Positions 25,950 through 37,922 are shown, counted from the stretch's first letter. The stretch is 64,000 nucleotides of DNA from Heterodontus francisci (GCF_036365525.1 NC_090371.1:267874837-267938836); one strand, 5' to 3'. Notes: a model not told the origin generated them from the sequence alone. Program-made: numbers and translations.

Positions 25950-27610
25950 AAAGGAAGGGGGACAATTCTGTTATCGTGGTCCGTAATGTGACCAATGACA
26001 TGAGGAAGAAAAAGAAAGAGGTCCTGCTAAAGGAATCAGAAGTTAGGAACTAAATTTTTAAAAAATGATCATGCAGGTATAACTGCGGGATTACTACCTG
26101 AGCCACGTGCTAATGGGCATAGGGATTGGTAGTTCAGGAAGGTGAGTGTGTGGCTGAAAGACTGGTGTGGGAAGGAGGGGTTGCATTTCATGGAGAACTG
26201 GCACCATTATATGATTTTTTTTTTTTGATTTAGAGATACAGCACTGAAACAGGCCTTTCGGCCAACCGAGTCTGTGCCAACCATTAACCACCCATTTATA
26301 TTAATCCTACACTAATCCCATATTCTTACCACATCCTCACCTGTCCCTATATTCCCCTACCACCTACCTATACTAAGGGCAATTTATAATGGCCAATTTA
26401 CCTATCTACTGCAAGTCTTTTGGCTGTGGGAGGAAACCGGAGCACCCGGAGGAAACCCACGCAGACACAGGGAGAACTTGCAAACTCCACACAGGCAGTA
26501 CCCAGAATTGAACCCGGGTCGCTGGAGCTGTGAGGCTGTGGTGCTAACCACTACGCCACTGTGCCGCCCATCAGGTGGATGAGCTCCACCTGAACCAGAG
26601 TGGGACCAGTGTCCTAGCCGAAAGGATAATAGGGCTATCGATAGGACTTTAAGCTAGTAAGGAGAATGGGCTGTGGTAAAATGATCAAAGTCTGAAGACA
26701 AAAGAATTAGGAGATGAGAGTAAAGGTCAGACCAAGGTAAAGAACAAGGGTAACATAAATGGTCAGGGAACAAATACTGTTATCAAACAGAAATAGAAAA
26801 GTACAGTTAAAAATAAAGTAAAAGGGATAACTGTTAAAAATGTTTTAAACTGCCTAATGTACACAAAATTGAAAATAAAACAGGGGAACTGGAGAAAATG
26901 ATCCGTAATGAAGAACAAGATGTAGTAGAAATGACTGAAACATGGCTATATAAAGAACAGGACTGCCAACTAAACATTGCAGGTTATGACATAATCAGAA
27001 AAGATAGGGAAGAAGTGGGTGGGGTAGCTGTACTAATTGGAGATAACATAATAGCAGTAGCAAAAAGGGACATAACCACCAGCAGGTTAGAAACAGAATC
27101 CACATAGGTTGAAATAAAAGACAAGAAGGAATCAATCACAATAATAGTCGTATACTTCGGATCACCAAATAGTGGAAAGGAGATGGAGTAAGAAATGTGT
27201 ATGTGAAATGAGTAAAGGACATAGAATAATAATCATGGGAGATTTTAACTATTCCAAATTAAGTGGCAAGTAAAGAGAGCAAAAGGGGTACAGGGAATTG
27301 AAATTTTACAATGTGTACAAGCCTGCTTTCTTACTTAATATGTAAAAAGCCTTACAACAGAGGGAGCAGATAGAGAAGTAAGTGAGGGAAACATCTAGGA
27401 AATAGTGATCACAAAATAATAAGGTTTAGATAAAAATTGGGAAGGCCTAAGTAAGACAAAGACCAAGTAATAAATTGGAACTAAAGAAAATAAACTGGAA
27501 ACATTTACTGACAAACAAAGAAAAAGAACAGCAATGGGAAGCATTTAAAAGAGTGACCAAGAGAATCCCGCAGAAATATATGCCATTTAAAAACCAAGAA
27601 CAAGCTCGCA
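25950..27610 (+). mobile_element. Decayed CR1 LINE: ORF1 esterase (SGNH) region plus ORF2 endonuclease
   Basis: GLLPEPRA..WLKDWCGKEG and LHLNQSGTSVLA-like ORF1 remnants; ETWL, GGVAVLI and IMGDFNY endonuclease motifs. Interrupted by the SINE at 26220-26569. Confidence 0.75.
26220..26569 (-). mobile_element. HE1-type V-SINE, full length
   Basis: Reverse complement of 37034-37385, with a tRNA-like head carrying A and B boxes and a CR1-derived tail. Confidence 0.9.
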
Positions 27611-27712
27611 AGTAAGGGTTATTGACCTGAAATGTTAATTCTGATTCTCTCTCCACAGATGCTACCAAACCTGCTAAGTATTTCCAATATTTTCTGTTTT
27701 TATTTCAGATTT

Positions 27713-28052
27713 CAGCAACACACCAAGGCTCCTTAGACAGCACCTTCCAAACCCATGACCTCTACCACCTCGAAGGACAAGAACAGCAGATGCATGGGAA
27801 CATCACCACCTGCAAGTTCCTGTCCAAGTCACACACCATCCTGACTTGAAACTATATCACCGATCCTTCACTGTCGCTGGGTCAAAATCCTGGAACTCCC
27901 CTCCTAACAGCACTGTGGGTGTACCTACCTCACATGGACTGCAGCGGTTCAAGAGGTAGCTCACCACCACCTTCTCAAGGGCAATTAGGGATGGGCAATA
28001 AATGCTGGCATAGCCAGTGACGCTCACTTCCCATGAATGAATTTAAAAAAAA
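27713..28052 (+). mobile_element. LINE 3' fragment (same family as 9480-12060) inserted into a Penelope-type fragment (27614-27712 / 28053-28080)
   Basis: Host sequence ...tatttcagattt | insert ending in poly-A | tccaacatctgcagtattttgctt. Confidence 0.75.
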
Positions 28053-31000
28053 TCCAACATCTGCAGTATTTTGCTTCAGTATTAGTGTTCTAGATAAGTT
28101 GGTATTTATATATTTAGGAGCTTAGAAGACTAATGAGGAAGATATTGCATGAGTCTGGGGTAGGTTAAGGGCAGAGATAGGTAATGGTTTGAAGCTAGAA
28201 ATGGCCATATTGGTGACTAACTATGGGATTTGAAGTTCAACTCAGGATTCAACAGGATGTTGAGCTTGCATACTGTTGGGTTGTGCTTGAATGGCAAAAT
28301 TGGGAATGGGAATGAAATAAGGAGCAAGCTACAGAATGCCTGGTGGGGTTCTATGTTCAGATGCAAGAAGCTCTTGTTTTATTCACAGATTAATGTCAGA
28401 CAGGTAGTTTAATGGGAAAAATTGTTATTTGGTAAATCTACGACCACAGGGAACAGAGGACACAACCTGTTCTTGAAGCTGTGTAAATCTAAAACTAATC
28501 TGTGGAAACAATATTTTAGTGAGTAAATGGTCAATCTATGGAGCAGTTTTGCTGAGGTTATGCCTTGTGGCATTTTTCTATGTTAAAGGCGCTATATAAA
28601 TCAAGTTGTTCTAAGTATGGTGGAAGCATTGATTCATTCAAATGCAAATTAAATTTCTTTCAGAAAATAAAATTTTGGTATACCGTATATGATTAATTTG
28701 AGACATGACATGTGGTAAGTGTCGCATGCTTGGGAGAAACAGGTAACTTTGGACTTGTGGTTCCCAAAGCTGTCCACCACTCTTTCAGCACGTCATGTCT
28801 GGGTCTGTTGTAGACTATTTGATTGCTATAATTAGTCAACAATTCCATAATCGTTGTATCACGTGACCCACAGGATGGTAAAAGGTGAATTAGTTGATTG
28901 GTTGTTTATCGTTTAACAGCTCTTATGTTTATGGGATTTTGCTGTGCTCAAATTGTTGTCACATTTCCCTACAATATGAAAGTGACTGCACTTTGAAGAC
29001 TACTTAATTAGCTGTGAAGTGCTTTGACATCTACTGAGGTTATAAAGTATGCTATTCGCTACGTAAATGCAAGTTTGTTCTTTTTCTTTCTAGTGAAGTA
29101 CTGTCAGTTGAAACTTGTTAAGAGCAGTGTATGTCCATCATTCCTTAATCTGTAAAGATCACCATTACAATTTGACACAGCTCCTGCTATTTCACTTTCT
29201 CAAAATTATATTTTCTGTTTCTTATTAACTGTAACCACAAAAGGATTTTTATTTTAAATAGCATGAAATATATTTATAAATGCCAGGATGTGGCAATTTA
29301 AGAGGAATTTGATGAATAGATGGAATGTTAATTTGCTAAACTTTGCTCTTTTTTGCAATGAAATCGTACTAAAAATGCACAATGGATCTTTTCTCCCAGT
29401 TAAAAATGAACAGAAGATAAATTGTACTTAAGGATTAACTGCAACTGGCTAGTTATGTCAGAAATATTTAAGTAAACATTAAATGTTGTTTGAAATATGT
29501 ATGTACCCTGTGGTAAACCACAAAGATAGAAGACAGCTGAGGTTTAAGTTAGAGAGCATTTGAACTCATGCAAAATAAAACCATTAAAGCTAGCTAGAGA
29601 AAATGGCTGAGGGAGCTCAGATAATTAAAATCAATATTGTTGGGATTGGGGAAGGGAAAATGGTAACATTAACATGTTCAGGAAACTTTGAGGACAAAGA
29701 ACACATAGTTGTCCAACGTATTATCTGGGTTTACATATATTTCAACAACAAAAAAATTAAAATATAAATACAGTTCATACCAATTATACAGCTTACAGTT
29801 ATTATGGTCAACCATCTATACAAGACAATTAAAGCTCATCATTTGCCATTTCCATAGATGTCAAAACAAATTAAGTGCTTTGTCTATTTTAGGCAGGCCC
29901 AGCTGTTCAATTAGCAATTCACTCCTCACTAAAATGCAATTAGCTTGGCTATTTAATCCCCTGCCATTAGTGTTTGGTTACATGTGATGCATCCCTCCCA
30001 AACAGCAGTACCTGCTTTAGCACTCAGGGGAGTTTGGATAGTGAATTGAAGAGACCTGCACCTGATGAAGCACATGACACAAGTGACCAGTAGCAGTGTA
30101 AGAGATGGAGAAGGAAGCTATGCACTGGTCTTTCCTGATCTAGCGATATAACTGAAGTCTTGCAGAACTGTTTCTAGGTCCTCAGGTTGATGCTCGTGCT
30201 GCTAACTTCATCTGCCACCTCCAACCAGGTTTTGTTTGTGACGTTTTTAGACATTCTCTGCCATTTTGCCACTCTCCTGCCACCTAAATTCTGGAAGCAG
30301 ACAAACAATTTTGGAGGCTAAAGGTATTGTTTACATTGAGTGAATGCAACTGACCTTTTAGGAGGTCAATTTACCCATGAAATAGTGGTCCTGGCGTCCC
30401 AGTGGAAATTGTGCAGTTTTGTTGATCAGCCACCCACTTATCAATCATGTGTAAATGAGGCCTGGCAGTTAAAATTGTCCAGGCCTTGCCAACTTCTGCA
30501 GTTTCATTGAGTTGCCCATTTGGTCCTGCCATGATATCCTGCCCGAGTTAAATCAAGGCCATATTGTTAGTTAATTTCCACATTATTGCTTTTAGATTTA
30601 TCCATTGTAAAGATTAATGAAGAGGTCCCAATCAGTCAATCTGGTTCCCCTAACCAAATATAGGGGATTTAAATGCAACTTGGCCTTGTTATTCCTGTAC
30701 TGCTCCATTAGTCAGCCTGTTAAGTGGAAAAATGTAGCACACAATTCAGCGGGAGAAAGCAGTGAGAACTAATGAGCAGATGGTAATTCTTCTGGAACAT
30801 TTTCAACCGCCAAAGAGTGCAATAATAACAAATTGCTGTATTACTGTAAAACATACATACAGACGTTTAATTCTTAGTCTGTCACATGGTATAACATTTT
30901 ACAAACATTAAGTTATTTCAGCAATCATAACCTATAAATATTCTATTGAATTTTGTTAATATTTCTAGCTGTGCAAATATTTATAGAAGTTATAAAATAC

Positions 31001-32534
31001 ATTATTTACACATTTTTACAGATTATCCTCCTTTCTTGTTATTGGAATAAAGTATTCAAGCTGTGCATTAATAAAATCTTGCCCCATAGAGACAGAAACT
31101 TCAGAAAACCAGAAAATAGTTTAAACTTGATCTTCAAATTTCAAGCATATTTTGTCAAATCCAAAGCAACCACAGGCAGCTTGGAGCTCCTAAAAAAAAT
31201 ATTATTTTCCCCAATAAATAAAACAGAGCATTTCAAGTATGAGGATAGCTTGGGAGATAAAATACAAGTGCCCCTCTTGGAATAACAGAAAGCACAACCA
31301 ACAGAACAAACCCTGTGTCTTTTGAAATAAATGTAATCATTTCAAGGATGGAGGTTTAACACATGACACAGTCATCAAAAACATTAACTTGTGAAGTCAC
31401 AAATTAGTACAATCTATGGGACTAATAAGTAGGCACTTCAGGGAAATTCCTTTCCTCAAATTGACTCTTTACAACTTTTTACTTAAGCTACTGAGTCCTC
31501 CATGCAACAAGCAGAAGATAGCTGCCAAATCTCCTAGCCTACACTGCACAGTTGCAAGATCAGTGATGTTTTGTTTACCTGGCCAGTCAGTTAATCAATT
31601 TTCCCGACTGAAAACATAGTGCAATCTGAGTCATATCTTTTTACCATCTGGCTGCATTCCTTAAGGTTTACAGGATTATTGATGGTTGCACGTGTGGCCA
31701 TACAGATCACAGCCCCAAATATCACCCCTTTCATAAACAGGGAGGATTTCACTCTATAACGTGGAGCTGGCCTGTGACTCTCTGTACTCACTTACATCTA
31801 GGTACAGAATCTTGCATACAATTGCCCACTATTCTGACTGTTCCCATGTTTCATTCGCTTTATCTCCAAAACAATACCTCAGAATGTTGTTCTGCCTCTG
31901 CACATTGCTTTTGCCATTTTGTAAATATGAAAATGAGTTCCTTTTAAGCAGGTCTTTAAGGGAATGCTACCAGGATGTAAAGCACTATGCTTTTGAAGTG
32001 TTGCAAGTTTATTTAAAGGAGAATTTTTGTTTAAGAAGTGGCTTTTATTTGGCTTCCTTAACCTACTGTGGTACCTAAAACACTAGAAACCAGCTTTATT
32101 CACAGAAATCATGTGGTGCAGCAATTAGTCATTTTACAGTTTGTCTGAGGCAAATTCCAAGAGCTGGACCAAGCTTTTCAATTCATATGAAAGAAACTTT
32201 GGGGATTTTTCCGAATATGTGCTTGATTATCAGTTCTTTTCCTACACTGAGCAAACAGTTATTTAAATTTTCTTAGACCCAGTCACTTTTTAAAAATATA
32301 TTTATCAGCATGTCTTTTTCAAATCAAAGAATCAGTCTGTTAACTTCTTAGAGAAATAATGAGGCAAGAAAGCTTCTACAGGTGATAACAAAAGGAAAAT
32401 ATGGCTATGTGAAGGCATTGCTTATATAAAAGTTTAGAACAGCAGTTGTAAAATATGAATTATTTTCTTCTGCATGTGGAGCTAGGAATTATTGGGGAAA
32501 TAAGTGTCCTGTCACTGTTACCAGGCTCCTAATT

Positions 32535-33545
32535 CTTTTTATTGATTCATGGGATGTGACAAGGCCAGAATTTATTGCCCATCCCTAACTGTCCTTGAGA
32601 AGGTGGTGGTGAGCCACCTCCTTGAACCGCTGCAGTCCATCTGGTGTAGGTACACCCGCAGTGATGTTAGGAAGGGAGTTCCAGGGTTTTGACCCAGCGA
32701 CATTGAAGGAACGGTGATATAGTTCCACGTCAGGATGGTGCGTGACTTGGAGGGAAACTTGCAGATGTTGGCGTTCCCATGTGTCTGCTGCCCTGCTAGA
32801 TGGTAGAGATTGTGGGTTTGGAAGATGCTGGCGAAGAAGCTTTGGCGAGTTGCTCCAGTGCATATTGTAGATAGTACACATTGTTGCCACTGTGAGCTGG
32901 TGGTGGAGGAAATGAATGTTTAAGGTGGTGCATTGGGTGCCAATCAAGCAAGCTGCTTTGTCCTGGATGGTTTGAACTTCTTGAGTGTTGTGGGGGCTGC
33001 ACTCATCCAGGCAAGTGGGGAGTATTCCATCACACTCATTTTGTGCCTTTATATATGGCAATCAGGCTTTGGGGAGTCAGGAGCTGAGTTACTTGCTGCA
33101 GATTTTCTAACCTTTGACCTGTTCTTGTAGCCGCAGTATTTAACTGGCTGATTCAGTTAAGTTTCTGGTCAATGGTGACCACCCCCACCCAGGATGCTGA
33201 TGATGGGGGTTTCAGTGATGGTAATGCTGTTGAATGTCAAGGAGAGATTGTTAGTTCTTACTTGTTGGAGATGATCATTGCCTAGCACTTGTGTGGCATG
33301 AATGTTACTTGCAACTTAACAGCCCAAGACAGAATGCTGTCCATGTCTTGCTGTATGCGGGCATGGACTGCTTCAGTATCTGAGGAGTTGCAAATGTATT
33401 GAACACTATGCAATCATCAGCGAATATCCCCACTTCTGACCTTATGATGGAGGGGAGGTCATTGATGAAACAGCTGAAGATGGCTGAGCCGAGGACACAA
33501 CCCTAAGGAGCTCCTGCCATGATATTCTAGAGCTAAGATGATTGA
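32535..33545 (-). mobile_element. LINE 3' portion (same family as 9480-12060)
   Basis: ORF 32585-33061 (IQDKAACLIG…GLQRFK…HHHLLK) and the shared 3' end. Confidence 0.85.
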
Positions 33546-34041
33546 ATCTTGACCTTTTACTGTTCAATAAATTTGTTTGGCAGTTAAAGCCTAAGTCACA
33601 GTCTAATGCAGTATTGCTGAGATTTTTGATTATTTAACTAGGAGGAATTTTTGGATTAATTTATGTTAAAGTGCTGCTAGTAAGTTAGATTCAGATTCCA
33701 AGGGATAAAATCCATACAAAGCACAAATTTCTGGGAATGAAAGTTAGATCCAGATATTACGCCTGTCCAGATTAATGTACCAGTTCAAAAAATGAAGTTA
33801 ATTAAAATGTTCTTGCAGCATACACACCTAACATGTTGGAAAGGCATCCTTCATTTCAACCCATCAGGGGTCAGGCATGGAAGGGTAAACTGGCAGGGGT
33901 TGTACACCTACTGGACTATGGTATACACCCAATATACACAGCTGAGGTCATGTGCTGGGTCCTCACGGTGTTATTAATTGATTAGTGAGAGCTTTCGTGT
34001 AAATTTAAAACAACATAGAGCTGCTTATTCAAACAGTTACT
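33497..34041 (+). repeat. Direct repeat copy 1 (~545 bp); copy 2 is at 37385-37922
   Basis: Near-identical sequence from acaaccct(a/g)aggagctcc to caaacagttact, with scattered substitutions and one ~9-bp indel. Confidence 0.95.
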
Positions 34042-34384
34042 TGGCTCAGACTCTTGATTCTAAAGTTATTCATCATTGCCATAGGTGAATGGCATAAACA
34101 GCAATCAAGCCAAGAATCATTATAGATGTTTTAATAAGGGGCTGTTAGTGGGGAAGTAGCAGATTTTATTGGAAGCTCCTTGGCCAATCTCCAAGAAACA
34201 AAACCAGGAGATAGTCAGAGGTCAACTCTTTAGCTTCCTGTTTAGGTTGAACAGCTGAGACTACAGAAATTTGAAGTAGAAGTAGTCACAAAGGGAAAGA
34301 CCTCTTTTCCTGACCAGTTTTTGAGATTTGCTACTCTGTAGAGCAAATTTACCTCATTAGCAAAGGTAGAATTCCAGATTTGGT

Positions 34385-34845
34385 ATAATGATTCCGAGGA
34401 TGAGGGATTACAGTGATGTGGATAGACTGAAGATGTCGCGGTTATTTACCTCAGAGCTGAGAAGGCGAAAAGGAGATTCAATAGACGTGTTTAAAATCAT
34501 GAAGGGTTTAGGTAGGGTGAATAAAGAGAAACTGTTTCCAGTGGCTGAAGGATTGATGACCAAAGGGCACAGATTTAAGACGATTGACAAAAGAACATTA
34601 GAGGTGACATGAGCAAAAGTGTTATTACACAATGAGTGGTTAGGATTTGGAATGCAGTACCTGAATGAATGGTGGATATAGATTAAATAGTAGCCTTCAA
34701 AAGGGATTGGATAAGTCATTGAAGGAGAAAAGATTGCAGGGATATGGGTGAAGAGGGGGGAGGTGGGACTAACTGGATTGCGCCCTGAAAGAGCCAATGC
34801 AAACTCGATGAGCCGATGGGCCTCGTTCTCTGCTGTACTATTTTC
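34385..34845 (+). mobile_element. CR1 LINE 3' fragment
   Basis: ORF 34388-34612 (RRRKGD.IDVFKIMKG…TKGHRFK) followed by a CR1 3' UTR. Confidence 0.85.
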
Positions 34846-35344
34846 AATGTATGTATGAAATAGAGTAAAATCTATAGAAAACTGTATTCTGTTGGTTTAT
34901 ATTTTATATGCAAAACAGTTCATGTTGTTGCTTTAAATTTTAGAATTAGAATCAGCCCCGACAGTGTGTAGTAGTCCACCTCTCCAAAGATGGTTTATGT
35001 CATGTGCACATGCAGAGATGTGAGATTACAGTATCTAGATCACAAACAGTTGGATATCATTGTAAAGACCCCCATGGCCGGACTAAGTATTAGTAAAGAT
35101 TGTAAGGGGCCTTGCTCATGGCTGAGACTGTTGCCACTGCACCTTAAGGAATGTATAAGTCCCAAATATGATACCACTCTCCTTGTAAACAGAAACGTTG
35201 CTGTTCGTGTTAACCTTTTCTAAAATTATTCAACAAACGGCTCCGTGTTGAGGTTTCGTTGGGAACAGAGGAACTATATTCCTAGGTTTGGTTTAACTCA
35301 ATCTGATTCGCATTTGTGTCTCTTCGGACGGAGTACACCCAGAC

Positions 35345-35440
35345 TGACGTCAGCAAGAGTCGTTCTCGACTCTGAAAAGCAGGGGGTAATAAGTGGGTTT
35401 TATAATTTGGAGCATGTCTGGTACTGGGCGCACTTTAAAT
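35345..35440 (+). promoter_or_regulatory. Candidate CYTL1-like proximal promoter: full CRE plus TATA-like boxes
   Basis: Palindromic TGACGTCA at 35345-35352, TTTTATAA near 35398-35405 and TTTAAAT at 35434-35440, all 80-175 bp upstream of the ATG. Confidence 0.45.
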
Positions 35441-35518
35441 CCCCGCAAATAAAAGTGAGGCGCCAGTAGGGGCACCTCGCTTTAACGCAGGCTGTGTATT
35501 GTGAAGACGAGAAGAGTT

Positions 35519-35662
35519 ATGGATTTGTTAAGAAAAATCGTTCTCCTGTCCACGCTCCTTATAATTGCTGATTCTGCCCCACCAACTTGCTACTCGGCGG
35601 TTTTGAGATTAAGTAAAGGAATTATGGAATCTATGGAAAGATTAGAGACTTTCCCGATCACG
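35519..35662 (+). CDS. CYTL1: Cytokine-like protein 1 family, exon 1 of join(35519..35662,35741..35785,35894..36040,36251..36334), 139 aa
   Basis: MDLLRKIVLLSTLLIIADS signal peptide, then APPTCYSAVLRLSKGI (human PPTCYSRMRALSQEI). Ends ACG|gtaaat, phase 0. Confidence 0.93.
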
Positions 35663-35740
35663 GTAAATCATAACCCAATCTGCGGGCTTGATTCCTCATT
35701 GTGCTTGTACAGTAGCTAAATGAATTTGTTTCTTCCACAG

Positions 35741-35785
35741 AAACGCTGTCTTGCTTATCTACCAAAGCTCTACATTAATGTGCAT
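35741..35785 (+). CDS. CYTL1: CYTL1-family exon 2
   Basis: ttccacag|KRCLAYLPKLYINVH|gtaagt, 45 nt; compare human EPCVRYLPRLYLDIH. Confidence 0.93.
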
Positions 35786-35893
35786 GTAAGTACTTGTGGT
35801 TTGAAGAGAAAAAATGTAGTTTGGGTGTAATTATTGTTTGTAGTGATTTATCCTTGATGAAAGTATTGAAGAAGAAATACATTGGCGTTTCAG

Positions 35894-36040
35894 AACTCTT
35901 GTGTGATGATCAAACTCCGCGATCATCTCTATGCTTTGGAAAACCTCATCACTCCCCAGTGCAAGGAGCTGAAAAGAATTGCGTTCCTGAAAGTGCGCAT
36001 CAGGCGCTTGGACAAGATGATCAACCAACTCTGCTACCGG
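35894..36040 (+). CDS. CYTL1: CYTL1-family exon 3
   Basis: tttcag|NSCVMIKLRDHLYALENLITPQCKELKRIAFLKVRIRRLDKMINQLCYR|gtaacg; compare human NYCVLDKLRDF…C…FCRR. Confidence 0.93.
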
Positions 36041-36250
36041 GTAACGTGTACACTGTCGTTGTCTCCTTTGCTTTATTCATGGGTGGTGTTTGCACTTTCG
36101 TACCTCCATATAAGCAAGCCGACACCTGATATACTAATGCGCGTTTTTAGTTCGTTTCTAATAGGGTAGTGCTGGGCGTACCGAGAGTATATTTACTTCA
36201 ATACCACTGTATTCACATCAGTGTCATTAATGACCCTTGTCATTTCACAG

Positions 36251-36334
36251 GAGCTGGTATTCTTCATTGATGATTGCGCGGCACTGGAACACCCACCTCC
36301 TCCACCGGATCCGCAAGAAGAACTCTGGAAATGA
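36251..36334 (+). CDS. CYTL1: CYTL1-family exon 4 (stop)
   Basis: tttcacag|ELVFFIDDCAALEHPPPPPDPQEELWK*; compare human DLVFLLDDCNALEYP. Confidence 0.93.
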   Translation, partial: ELVFFIDDCAALEHPPPPPDPQEELWK

Positions 36335-36620
36335 AAAGTTCAAAGATGGAGTGTATTTAAGTTGAGCCACAATAGTTAAAACCATATGTAACCGCCTAAG
36401 AATATGGAATCACAATCTACTGTATTATTTTAACCTTAAGGCATGTTTATAAGTATATATATATATGCATGGTCGGTACGGCAATGTCTACTGCAAAATG
36501 ATTTGCTACCTTGTATGCAACAGGCAAATCAGTTGAAGTGCATTACTTTATAGAGGAGGGGCAATGGGGGGGGGGGGTACTGAAGCGTATTCTGTGCTAA
36601 AATTGGCTGATTGGTGCTAT

Positions 36621-36634
36621 AATAAACAAATAAA
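36621..36634 (+). terminator. Candidate polyadenylation signals of the CYTL1-like gene
   Basis: Two AATAAA hexamers (36621 and 36629), ~290 nt after the stop and followed by a GT/T-rich tract. Confidence 0.6.
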
Positions 36635-37033
36635 CAAGGTAAACAAAATAATAGTATTTCCATTTACATTGTGTTCTTGTCTTGATTATAAAGTGAGGGT
36701 GGGAGCTCTTGTACGATGTTATATCAACATTATTATGAAATTTTAACAGTAGTTTACAGTAGGCTGTTGGATATCGTGCCTGTAGCTGCTCATTCCAGAG
36801 CTGTCAAATTAGTTCCACTTCCCTGCTTTTTCCACATAGCAGTACATTTTATCCCCTTTTTCAAGTATCTATCCAATTCCATTTTGAAAACTACTGTTAA
36901 ATCTGCTTCCACTACCCTTTCACGTAGCGCATTCCAGATTTCTTCTGCAGGCACAGTTTCAAAATGTATTCTCAGGTTTGGTTGTGAATTCATGTAACCA
37001 TGTTTTTTAGAGCTACAGAATTAGGAGACAATT

Positions 37034-37385
37034 GGACGGCACAGTGGCGCAGTGGTTAGCACCGCAGCCTCACAGCTCCAGTGACCTGGGTTCAATTCTG
37101 GGTACTGCCTGTGTGGAGTTTGCAAGTTCTCCCTGTGTTTGTGTGGGTTTCCTCCGGGTGCTCCGGTTTCCTCCCACATGCCAAAGACTTGCAGGTTGAT
37201 AGGTAAATTGGCCATTAGCAATTGCCCCTAGTGTAGGTAGGTGGTAGGGAAATATAGGGACAGGTGGGGATGTGGTAGGTATATGGGATTAGTGTAGTAT
37301 TAGTATAAATGGGTGGTTGATGGTCGGCAATGACTTGGTGGGCCGAAGGGCCTGTTTCAGTGCTGTATCTTTAAACTAAACTAAA
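37034..37385 (+). mobile_element. HE1-type V-SINE, full length
   Basis: A box tggcgcagtgg, B box ggttcaattc, V-domain (gtgggtttcctccgggtgctccggtttcctccca) and tail (taaac)n. Confidence 0.9.
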
Positions 37386-37922
37386 CAACCCTGAGGAGCT
37401 CCTGCAATGATAGTCTGGAGCTAAGATGATTGAATCTTGACCTTTTACTGTTCAATAAATTTGTTTGGCAGCTAAAGCCTAAGTCACAGTCTAATGCAGT
37501 ATTGCTGAGATTTTTGATTATTTAACCTAGGAGGAATTTTTGGATTCATTGACGTTAAAGTGCTGCTAGTAAGTTAGATTCAGATTCCAAGGGATAAAAT
37601 CCATACAAAGCACAAATTTCTGGGAATGAAATTTAGATCCAGATATTACGCCTGTCCAAATTAATGTACCAGTTCAAAACAATGAAGTTAATTAAAATGT
37701 TCCTGTAGCATACACACCTAACATGTTGGAAAGGCATCCTTCATTTCAACCCATCAGGGGTCAGGCATGGAAGGGTAAACTGCAGGGGTTGTACACCTAC
37801 TGGACTATGGTATACACCCAATATACACAGCTGATGGTCATGTGCTGGGTGCTATTAATTGACCAGTGAGAGCTTTTGTGTAAATTTAAAACAACATAGA
37901 GCTGCTTATTCAAACAGTTACT
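37385..37922 (+). repeat. Direct repeat copy 2 of 33497-34041
   Basis: Direct visual alignment with copy 1. Confidence 0.95.

Noticed and set aside
35501-35719. ORF-track proteins 35501-35719 and 35882-36169 as standalone genes
   Set aside because: They are CYTL exons 1 and 3 read through into introns; the true start is the ATG at 35519.
37034-37105. tRNA gene
   Set aside because: The A/B boxes are the tRNA-derived head of a V-SINE (also at 26500-26569); the sequence continues into the SINE body.
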